The notes below the pieces were generated by a model. It searched no databases. It saw only the letters and a program-made list of their open reading frames with translations, and had not been told where the DNA came from. A stretch of 64,000 nt of DNA from Antedon mediterranea (Eukaryota > Animalia > Echinodermata): assembly GCF_964355755.1 (NCBI RefSeq), contig NC_092680.1:20345045-20409044 (forward strand). The letters run 5' to 3'. Of this stretch, positions 54,454 through 64,000 are shown in pieces (position 1 is the first letter of the stretch; each line of letters opens with the position of its first letter). A program made the translations under genes and the position numbers.

Positions 54454-55588
54454 TGTAACCGCTCTACACACAACACAAAAGATTATCGACTTCGGGTTGA
54501 GGTGAGCGGGGTTAGAGTTGATTGGGGCAGCGGCGCTAGACACACATAGATAATAAATAAAAGAGTACACAATAGTTGGCTTATAGTAGATGTGTTATTA
54601 TTCTAAATCGTAATACAAATTATACAATATGCGACTTATAATTAAGTATGCTTAAAGATTTAGATAACAAGTAAAACTTAAGTTTGTTGACAACTGGCAG
54701 TGGTCGAGCTTGTCCCCTTTTTGGTGTGGTAAACCCGTTCGAAGTTTGATGCTTATACACTCCACCGATTCCCTCGTCTGGCTGTGGACTTTACACACAG
54801 AATCCAACTTGGGCAATCTTCCCTCAACCTGAATTTGTTTAGCAAGGAATAAGTGTAAATACAACTTCTTTCAGAACGTACAAAAAGTATCAGGGAGGAC
54901 CTGACTGCTCTCAATAGATTTAGAGTTGAGTTGTGTACTACGATAGCCTTTTTGTTTTTAATTCCTATAACTACAGAATTCTCTATACAGGTTTCATTCA
55001 AGGATAATTTAGGATTAGCTAATAAATCATAGCCTAGTGAGTATATAATGACAGGGTCTTATTACTACACTCTAACTTACATATAAACATACAATCAATA
55101 GGATATAAGGTGGTCAAACATATAGTATATAGTACATATTTACAATATATCAAGTTGTATCTAAGATAATAAATTCATTGCTGGATTTAACAACAGGCAA
55201 TGATAAACATAAAAGTAGTATCCTATATGTAGTTAACAAGTACAACTAAAGGACTTAGCTATGTTACTTACGCTACAAAATAATAAGTTTATGTTAGTTA
55301 TCTTACCTGAATTTGTTGAGCAAGGAATAAGTGTAAATACAACTTCTTTCAGAACGTACAAAAAGTATCAGGGAGGACCTGACTGCTCTCAATAGATTTA
55401 GAGTTGAGTTGTGATTTTTCCCAACTTCCCAACTCTGCAGTCTTTTTTATATGTCTTGGCCTCACCCTGTTGTTCCGAAATACATTCCTGGACCATCTTT
55501 GACTGGCACACTTTTGTAGCCTGGGTTACCCTTCATCTTCTTAGACTGGCACACTTTTGTAGCCTGGGTTACCCTTCATCTTCTTACA
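54454..55588 (-). mobile_element. Probable solo LTR of an LTR retrotransposon
   Basis: Ends TGTAA ... TTACA; on the minus strand a 43-bp tandem duplication (55501-55586), TATA box TATAAAA near 55445-55451, AATAAA near 55060; internal ~105-bp direct repeat (54827 and 55306). Flanks ggta/ggtg are only an imperfect TSD. Confidence 0.5.
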
Positions 55589-55759
55589 GGTGTACTGTTC
55601 ACATTATTATTATTATTATTATTATTTATTGCCAAAAACCGGCCAAAAACCAGTTACAAACAAACAAAAACACAGAGCAGGAACCTAAAAGTGAACCTAA
55701 TCACTATAACAAGAGTTCAGGTTCCGTACTCCCAAAGTACCGTAACAACAATGATATAT

Positions 55760-55828
55760 AATAAACTATATAAAAATATTTAATAAACTATATAAAAATA
55801 TTTAATAAACTATATAAAAATATTTAAA
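55760..55828. repeat. 22-bp tandem repeat (taataaactatataaaaatatt), 3 copies, next to an (ATT)n-tailed probable LINE 3' end
   Basis: Directly visible; (att)n at 55603-55625. Confidence 0.75.
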
Positions 55829-56209
55829 AATAAAAAGTCACATAGTCTCTCTCCGGGGTATTTAATTCTAAATATTCCCAAAATAAAATTAATACTTTTA
55901 TAATAACTAAACAAGTTTAAGTGAGTATTGAATAAAATCATTATTGACAATTATTCGTAGGGCAGTACCAAATTATTTTATGTTTAAAACAACAACATTA
56001 TACAGCTTGCTGTGCAATTAACACCATTGTTGTGCACTTGAATGGGTTTCCTATGATAATAGGTGTTAAATTTCATATTTCTAGTTAAAATGTTGAATAT
56101 CTGAATATACCACACAAGGTGTATCATTCCCTAAATAGCCCAAAAAGCTAAAAAAGTGATTTTTGAAAAATGTGTCAGTTGAGTCGTTCTTTCATGACAT
56201 AGCAGTATA

Positions 56210-56390
56210 GTTAAAAAATGGCAAAATTGTGACCCTTTTAATTTATGACAAAATTGGTTATTATGGCTCTATAAGATGATACAAAGCAATTTATGCGCAT
56301 ATATAGCCATATTGTGGGTATTTTACGACAAAAATCCCTGTACTATTAGTAAATTGACATTTTCGAAAAATTTATAACATGCGCAGAATC
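56210..56390. repeat. Degenerate satellite-related segment matching the left flank of the array
   Basis: ttatggctctataagatgatacaaagcaat ... atatatagccata ... aaaatccctgtacta also found at 48324 and 48486. Confidence 0.8.
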
Positions 56391-56744
56391 ACATATAATC
56401 TGACAAAATGATTCTTCCATTTGACACAGTTAGCCATGCTATTTTATTAGGTCTGTAAACCCTTTACCAACTACTGTATGTCACTTGTCATTTTATATCT
56501 TGATGAAACCAGTTTAATTCTCGTGCGAAAACACCAGACGCTAATATACTGGTCTATTTTGTCTTGAGTTATACTATTTTTACTGATACTTTTTTTTTAA
56601 TTTTATTTTTATTTCAACAATATTTTATGAGGGTGGTCCATTCAGCATTAGCTGATCATTAGGGACCCTCAAACAATACAAACAGTAAATACAAAATAAA
56701 CTATAAAAACACAAAATCAACAAAGATATAAAAAATAAATATAT

Positions 56745-56910
56745 ACTAATGGTTAGGGCAACTGCATATCAAGCAGACGGTCCGAGTTCGAGTCTCGGTT
56801 GGGGCGACTTTTTCTCATTCTCACAGATTTCCTCATCTTTATCGTTTCAAATTAATTAATTAAATTTCAGTATATCACCGGGCGGTTTAGAATTAATGTT
56901 CTTTGCCTGC
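56745..56910 (+). mobile_element. tRNA-derived SINE
   Basis: ctaatggttagggcaactgcatatcaagcagacggtccgagttcgagtctcgg: partial A-box, anticodon-like stem and B-box, 5' end missing. Confidence 0.6.
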
Positions 56911-57586
56911 TGTGTTTATATATATATAAATATACAGTAGAAGTTTAGTGGTAGAAGAAGGTTTAGAACCCCAGACAGAGCAGCAGTAGTCAAGTCTAGA
57001 AAGGAAAAGTGAATTGTACAGAAGATTAAGAGAAGATTTGTTTGTAAATTTAGAGGTACGTTTGAGTACTAATAATATTGTTTACATTGACAACAAAATT
57101 AATAATTATTTTATAAGAATAGTTTTCTAATATCTGGCCATCTTCCAGTTTTCGTTTTAAGATAGCTTAATCTTTCAACTGTTTTATCTATTGAAAAAAT
57201 ATTGTTCATGGAAACATTTAAACAAAATTATAATATTAGTTACGTCATTCCTACGTCAATTCCCTATTTTCATAAATATTGTTATGGAAATATTATTTCC
57301 TTTAATATTTTGATTTAATTCCATTTATTTGTTTTGTGCAAATATATATTTCACAGACAGGTAAGACAACTTTCTTCTTTTCTAATTCAACATTATTAGT
57401 TTAAATTAAACAAGGATTTATAGGACCTTGGGTAAAAGTAAGATAGTGACACACACATCAGACATCATCGTTCACAATTCAATCCACATATGAGTGGCGA
57501 ATTATCCAGCATTTTAATGTGGAGAAATAACTATACTATTTTGTAACAAACTATCTCGTATTACCTTCCTCAACAACATCGATTTA

Positions 57587-57948
57587 AGGCTTAGTTCACA
57601 CTAACTCCACAACTTAAGGAAGGCCAGGGTAGCTTGGCGAAGCAAACAGTGCCTTAGTAGAAGCAGTGGTTGCTCTGTTTAGTGCATTTTGACATCCTCA
57701 GAGCGTAGGCCATAGTATAGAAGCAATTTGCATTAAGCTCTGTCTACACTATCAAACTTTATGTGACAATAAAATGTGATGTGCTCAGTATATGAACACA
57801 ATGATGTCATATCACTACGCAGCCCTGTTTAGTGCATTTGGCTACCAATGATTCTTCTAAGGCAATTTTAGATCGGCTTGCTTCACCAAGCTACCCTTCC
57901 TTACGTTATGCTACGTTGTTGAGTTGCGTCCAAGTGGGAACTGAGCCT
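57587..57948. mobile_element. Family-B-related MITE with a nested family A fragment (57736-57818)
   Basis: Outer TIRs aggcttagttcacact / agtgggaactgagcct; inner inverted gggtagcttggcgaagcaa / ttgcttcaccaagctaccc. Confidence 0.7.
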
Positions 57949-58058
57949 AAATCACCGCTGTTTATCATAAAACTCCACCACTTTTTGTGCACTTTATAAC
58001 AGTGGTTATAATTTTAATTTTCATAATTGTCCTCCTTTTTTTATTTGTCTAGTGTAAA

Positions 58059-59000
58059 ATGAGTAACTTTACCGAGGATGAGAAGAATGTGTTACATGGC
58101 CACCTTGCTAATTTGGTGACGCGTTACGCCGTTGGAATAGTAGGAATTCTTGCAAATTTACTTGTCGTTCTGGTTTTCATTTTAAAGAAACTTTACAAAA
58201 AATCCTCCACACATTTTCTGATTTTGCACCAGTCTTGGGTTGACATGGCTGGTAGTCTTTTGTTCATCATCTACTATACAATGGATACTCCAGCTGGAGT
58301 AGCTGGTGAGATATTCTGTAAATCAAGAGCGATATTTTGGCATCTGCAGTACGCTTCGACAAATAATTTAGTCCTGGTGACGATTGAGAGATATGTAGCC
58401 GTACTGCATTCAAATTTGTACAGGATAAAGTTCAGCAAACGTAAAAGAAAAGGAATGATTTTAATCATTCCTCATTTTCTCGCACTTGTGATGTCTTTGT
58501 GTTTGGCAATTCCTGCAACTGCTGATAAAGAGAAGCCATGGTTATGTGAAGTTAATGTAGATTCCAGAAAATTAGTTGCATATGGTTTAATAGTGTTCCT
58601 TGTTTGCTGGGTTATACCAACCACAATCATGGTATACTGTTACGCTCGTATCTTTAATACGATTAATGAAAAAGCCAAAACTGAAGTTTCGAGATCTCAA
58701 CACGATTTAACCAGTTCAGGAGGAAAACAAAATTCAGTAACCACTAAGAACAAAATGTACGGTAGAGCTCAACAAAACCTTATTGTCACACTTTGCTGTG
58801 TTTTTATCGCATTTATAATTTGCATTACACCAGAGTATGTGTTGTACCTGATATATACGTTATGTGGATGTTTTCAGTTGAACTTAAGTGATGCACATGA
58901 GATAACTCTAACACTGATTGCCACAAATCTAAGCGTCAACCCTTTCATTTACGCGTTTAAGTTTAACGACTTTAGAAAAGAACTGCAGAAGCTTGGTTAA
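58059..59000 (+). CDS. Rhodopsin-family orphan GPCR, paralog 3, with C-tail truncated by a frameshift
   Basis: 7 TM, ERY, NPFIY intact; 14-nt deletion relative to paralog 2 after ctgcagaagctt; the former tail persists out of frame to 59082. Confidence 0.85.
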   Translation: MSNFTEDEKNVLHGHLANLVTRYAVGIVGILANLLVVLVFILKKLYKKSSTHFLILHQSWVDMAGSLLFIIYYTMDTPAGVAGEIFCKSRAIFWHLQYASTNNLVLVTIERYVAVLHSNLYRIKFSKRKRKGMILIIPHFLALVMSLCLAIPATADKEKPWLCEVNVDSRKLVAYGLIVFLVCWVIPTTIMVYCYARIFNTINEKAKTEVSRSQHDLTSSGGKQNSVTTKNKMYGRAQQNLIVTLCCVFIAFIICITPEYVLYLIYTLCGCFQLNLSDAHEITLTLIATNLSVNPFIYAFKFNDFRKELQKLG

Positions 59001-60916
59001 AGTTGGAGTTGACGTGTCTGATTCCCCCTACACGAAAAGCACAACAGAAGATCCTGATACAAACGAACAATTAGATAATTAATTAAAAATTTGAAGTAAA
59101 AAATTCGAAAATATTTTCTATCCTAATGGCAAATATGAACTTTGATTTAATTGCAATTGCAAATTGTTCATTCATTCAGTTGCAATATTCAGAGACCAAC
59201 GATCAAGAGAATATCAATATTTCCTATTAAAAATGAGTTTTTATCGTTTAAAATCTTCAATTATTCATAGGTCTTCATGAGATAAAATTACGTTAATTTA
59301 ATATTCTTCGAAACAGTTAATGTAAATAATAGCTTAGTACAAAAAAATCTATAGATCTTTTATTTTTGCTTGTGTCGTGTATATTAAGCGTAACCTTTTA
59401 TCCAGTTACATACTGTACTTATTTAGGTTACTTAAATTGATAATAAGGAAGTTGAATTCACCAATCTGTTTCTAAGAAATAAAACATTTATGTAGGCCTA
59501 GCTGTATGTAGACATGTATATAAAGTTATTAGGTATCTAATCAAGTTTGAACTCTGAAAGCATCAGAGGTCTACACAGGATGTTTGCATATCAAGAAGAT
59601 TACATTCCTAAAATCTCCTATCAGTTCGCTTTGGCTGACCCTTCCATCAGGTACATCCGATAATGAACCAATTGAAGAAGCTCGAATTTTTTCTTAATTA
59701 TTTAGGCCTTTTAGTATTGAGTATTATAATGTTCAGAATTTCTGTTTTAATTTAAATCTATTAACTTCAAATCTATTATTCCATTGATATAAATGTATAT
59801 ACATTTTGTTCTTCTTTTAATGTATAATTCCTGCATGTTTGTTTATCATTGATAGTTGTGATAGTTGCATTTCTCGGCCGGCCTCGTGGAGATGAAGAAG
59901 ACATTTTGTTGTGAACAAGCCTCCGTTTTAAATAAAGATGTTATTATTATTATAAGCTGGCTGTCGTACTGGATTCAAATTGGTACTGGAGTTTTAGCAA
60001 ACTATTTTATCTTGTTTGCTAGTGTATGTGTTTTTTTTTCAATTCCATTTTTTTCTAAATTCACCTGATTTTAATTAGATAATCTATTGATCCAATATTT
60101 ATACTGCTTTTCTATTTGGTATTAATTACTTATCATTTTATAAATCTTTACATTATTCAAGCAAATAATTTAACCAAGAATAAAGAAAAAAACAGTATAA
60201 ATATATATAATAATAAGCTTATTTTGTGTCTAGTCTGTTATTTAAAATGAATAAAAACCTATGTAACATAAGAAAAAATAAAAAATCTATTGGTATATTG
60301 TATGCCATCAGACCATAGCAATACTTGCTAAAATAGAATATCAAACAATGCATAATATACAATAGTTATAATAATTATAATTATGCATAATTTGATATTG
60401 CTTTTATACCCACTATATGACTGACAACTCAGCACCCACTATTTGATGATTTCGGGGTTCCATAATTTTCAATAGGCCTTTTAATATTTAAGCACACATT
60501 ACTAGTGTAACTATAACATATTGGTAATTAGATGTTTACGATATCCTCATTCAATGTGTCTATGTATTGATTGTAAATAATCGAAACACGAGTTAACGAG
60601 GAGTGGTATCACATTTCTTCTTGTATTAACGTGAATCTTGTTGTTCATTTTAATTTAAGTTAATTTTTCCATATTGACTATGATTTGTCAGTACCGTGTT
60701 GTGTTACCACAGCAATTATTGCAAACTATCGATTGCCTTTCTCGATTCATTTTTAATTAGACAAATGAAAAACCACAACGAAGCTTAATGTTTATTTTTG
60801 AATTTGTCTCTACTCTGCAAAAAAAGTTATTAGTTTACTGTTTGGATTTCTGGTCATAAAGGCCTTTGGAAATTGTGGCTAGGTTTGCCTCTCATATTTT
60901 ATAAAGTTTATGGTTA

Positions 60917-61849
60917 ATGTACAATATGAGAGGAGACGGAGTTTACGTGGACTATATCAAATCTTTTTCCTTTTCCAAAGACAAAAACTCTTCAGTATTT
61001 GATGATCTAAGGGAAAGTTCAGCTGAAATGATTTTGTATCAAATTTTATTCTCTGTTACCGGAATTGCAGGATTATTTTCTAACGGGTTTGTACTTTTCA
61101 TATTTTTACGCAACAAACGTTTATTGGACAAGAAAAACGCGTTTATTTTCAATCTTGCGTTTGTTGACGCGTTGTATGGAGTGTTCCTCATCTGTATGTG
61201 TTTTAGTGGTTCTGTTGGTTTTAGAGGTATAACATTTGCTTGTAACATGACAATGTTGTTATTATCGTGTATTGCATTGGATAGATACATTGCCTTGGTA
61301 CTGTATCCTCTGACATACCATTCAAAAGTTACATGGAAGCGACTGCGATTATCCATACTTGGCACGTGGATTTCATGCTTTATTTTTACGGTTTGCGAAC
61401 TTGAAGTTACAAGAATTTCAATAAAAACTGCATTTTTAGCAGGTGCGTTTATTCTTGTTGCGTCGCAAGTACTGATATTATGTCTCTACGGAACTGTATA
61501 TGTCGCGATTTTGCAACAAGAGAAAAAAGTAGTCGACCAGAAGTTGCGAAGTCGATGCAAACGCGGGAAACAAAGAGCTGCCATTTTTAGCATGCTAGTT
61601 GCAAGTTTTATGTTATGCTTTTTACCTCAGATAGTTGCTGTTTTACTGGTGCCCATAAAAGGGTCAGAAAGTCTATTTGAAAAGAAATACTCGCAACTGG
61701 TAGTACTTTCAACAATACCACCTGGAATTCGTGCTATGCTGGATCCATTTATATACTGTAGCAAATTACCTGGTATAAAGGAAACTGCTATGAAACTGAT
61801 GAAAAAAATTAAAAGAAATCAAATTGAAACTACTTCAACTAATCAGTGA
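60917..61849 (+). CDS. Divergent rhodopsin-family GPCR with very short extracellular loops
   Basis: GLFSNG (TM1), FNLAFVD (TM2), ALDRY, CFLP (TM6), DPFIY (TM7). Confidence 0.85.
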   Translation: MYNMRGDGVYVDYIKSFSFSKDKNSSVFDDLRESSAEMILYQILFSVTGIAGLFSNGFVLFIFLRNKRLLDKKNAFIFNLAFVDALYGVFLICMCFSGSVGFRGITFACNMTMLLLSCIALDRYIALVLYPLTYHSKVTWKRLRLSILGTWISCFIFTVCELEVTRISIKTAFLAGAFILVASQVLILCLYGTVYVAILQQEKKVVDQKLRSRCKRGKQRAAIFSMLVASFMLCFLPQIVAVLLVPIKGSESLFEKKYSQLVVLSTIPPGIRAMLDPFIYCSKLPGIKETAMKLMKKIKRNQIETTSTNQ

Positions 61850-63479
61850 ATATTTAAAATGTACATTTGATGTTATATTGGAAAAAATGGAAATTATGAA
61901 CACAAACACCAAGCATAAAAACCAAAACGACAGAGGGAGTAATAAGAAGAATTTATTCCACGCGGTTAGAACATTTTTTTTATTACATACAATCTTCCGA
62001 GAATGAGGAAAAGTTACGAAAAAAATCTGGATTTGGAGGCGGATATCTTCTCACCAAATCCTTATTAGATTGAAATTTTGGAAGAATTATTATGATTATC
62101 AATTTTTCATGCTATGAAGATTACGTCGCTACTCAGCCTTTCATATATTTCTCTAAACTCTAACCCCACCCCCTTCCTATCTCCTAATTTGGAAATGTAT
62201 TTGACTAATTTAAAAATAAACTATAGCATAATTATCATTAAAATTAATTCCTCATTTGTTGCAGATGCTGTACCAGCAAATTGTTGAGAGAATGGCATAC
62301 AATATTATTATATTTACATTTAGTTTGTTTAATGAGGTAAATTACACAAAACTAACATGGTGTAACCACTTTAAAACATTTTATTATTTTCTATCCAGCC
62401 GTGAATTTCAAAGTTAAAGATGTATTGTCCCTCAAAAACATGAAAAATGAAGATGAATAAAATCAGACTTTAAATAGACCATTTTGGAATTATAACAAAG
62501 TTAATCACTTCTGTAGAAAAAAACCCTGAAAAAACAATGTTTTAAGTTATCTAATGATAAAATAAACGGTTAAATTCAACCAAAAACCCATTGACTGGTA
62601 GCCAATTTGACTATTTTTTTGGGTTCAATTTTTTGTAAAAGTGAATAACTATTATATGACAGTGAAATATTAAAAAAAATATACTTCAGGGTGACAATAC
62701 ATCTTTAACAATTCGAAACACGTTCATTATGGTTAGAGATTGTTTCCTTAAGGATGTGATGTTTACATGACATCATGTAGTATAGTAGATTCCTTGTGTC
62801 TATTAGTTGTATGTCGTTCCGGTACATTAGGCGTATCCAGAAAGCGGGGCGGGAAAAAAGTATAACACTAAATTTCAAAAATGCAATGCAGGACATTAAT
62901 AGCACTTCAGTTTACAATGTTGTGGAAGGATATGAGTATTGTGATTTAGGAAATCTATCAATCACATTTCTGTGAATTAATAGACCATGTACAGATCACC
63001 TAACCGTCCGTGACGAGTAAGTTTTTATAATTTAGTTTTCAGTTTTCTTTCTCGTCATTGTTTGTATTGTTTGTACAATATTTAATACGCGAAAGTGAAT
63101 CAAAATGTTTGAATATGCAATAGTAGGAAAGCAAAGATTCATATCTGTGCCGTATTCGATACTCTGATCATGCGCAGAAGTAATAGGTATACAACCACGG
63201 GAAAAGGATAATTGGAAAACGTCATGATCAGAATACCGCGTTGAAAGTACATTAGTGATAAAGAGCTTACTATCTAGATTTGCACTTTCAATCGATTCGC
63301 AAATTTTGGATTGATACATTTTAATCGATTGTTTGTGATATGATTTAGAGTACTGATAAGTGGAATATTCAGACCTATCTATTTATCAATTAATATATAT
63401 AGGTGGATGATATCGGACCACTGTGAAAAGTGAACAGTTTGAACATCGTATTTGTTATTTTCTTGAAAACTGGTTCGGG

Positions 63480-64000
63480 ATGGATCGAGAAAAAGACGGA
63501 GTTTACGTGGATTATGTCAAATCTTTTTCATTTTCCAAAGACAAAAACTCTTCAGTATTTGATGATCTAAGGGAAAGCCCAGCTGAAATGATTTTATATC
63601 AAATTTTATTCTCTGTTACCGGAATTGCAGGATTATTTTCTAACGGGTTTGTACTTTTCATATTTTTACGCAACAAACGTTTATTGGACAAGAAAAACGC
63701 GTTTATTTTCAATCTTGCGTTTGTTGACGCGTTGTATGGAGTGTTCCTCATCTGTATGTGTTTTAGTGGTTCTGTCGGTTTTTGGGGTCTGACTATTATT
63801 TGTAACATGACAATGTTGTTATTATCGTGTATTGCGTTGGATAGATACATTGCCTTGGTATTGTGGCCTTTAAAATACCATTCAAAAGTTACCTGGAAGC
63901 GGTTACGATACACCTTGATCTTTCTTTGGATTTCATGCATTATTTTTACTGTTTCTGAACTCCTTGTTACTGGCGTATCCGTCATCATTGGTTTTATATC
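63480..64000 (+). CDS. Tandem paralog of the 60917 GPCR, 5' part (runs off the window)
   Basis: ATG at 63480 (MDREKDGVYVDYVKSF...), open to the window end; near-identical to 60935-61220; contains ALDRY. Confidence 0.85.
   Translation, partial: MDREKDGVYVDYVKSFSFSKDKNSSVFDDLRESPAEMILYQILFSVTGIAGLFSNGFVLFIFLRNKRLLDKKNAFIFNLAFVDALYGVFLICMCFSGSVGFWGLTIICNMTMLLLSCIALDRYIALVLWPLKYHSKVTWKRLRYTLIFLWISCIIFTVSELLVTGVSVIIGFI

Noticed and set aside
56745-56810. tRNA gene (also the tRNA-like segments near 12120, 15755 and 37940)
   Set aside because: Incomplete acceptor stems and degenerate cloverleaves; better explained as SINE heads.

Overview
AT-rich animal (invertebrate, most likely echinoderm-like deuterostome; inference from gene and repeat content) genomic DNA with spliceosomal introns. 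Genes: an orphan rhodopsin-family GPCR (1188-2204 +), a neurensin-like gene (9245-10015 +), a 7-coding-exon POFUT1-family O-fucosyltransferase (13866-18311 -), three paralogous rhodopsin-family GPCRs with intronless CDS (20851, 26964, 58059; the third truncated by a 14-nt deletion), a multi-exon AKAP7-like 2H-phosphoesterase with a very long disordered N-terminus (32781-45540 +), and two tandem short-loop GPCRs (60917 and 63480, the latter running off the window). Repeats: two Harbinger-type MITE families, a Tc1/pogo-type MITE, a Helentron-associated (DINE-1-like) element, tRNA/Nin-domain SINEs, LINE 3' fragments, a probable solo LTR, several minisatellites and a ~6 kb satellite built from palindromes. 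The most unusual locus is the AKAP7-like gene: tandem LEWD kinesin-light-chain-type motifs plus a low-complexity region joined to an intact 2H domain, a candidate pair of frame-complementing microexons, and a 96-bp tandem repeat that multiplies a splice donor eight times. Exon structures were read by eye from GT-AG signals and phase, without transcript evidence.
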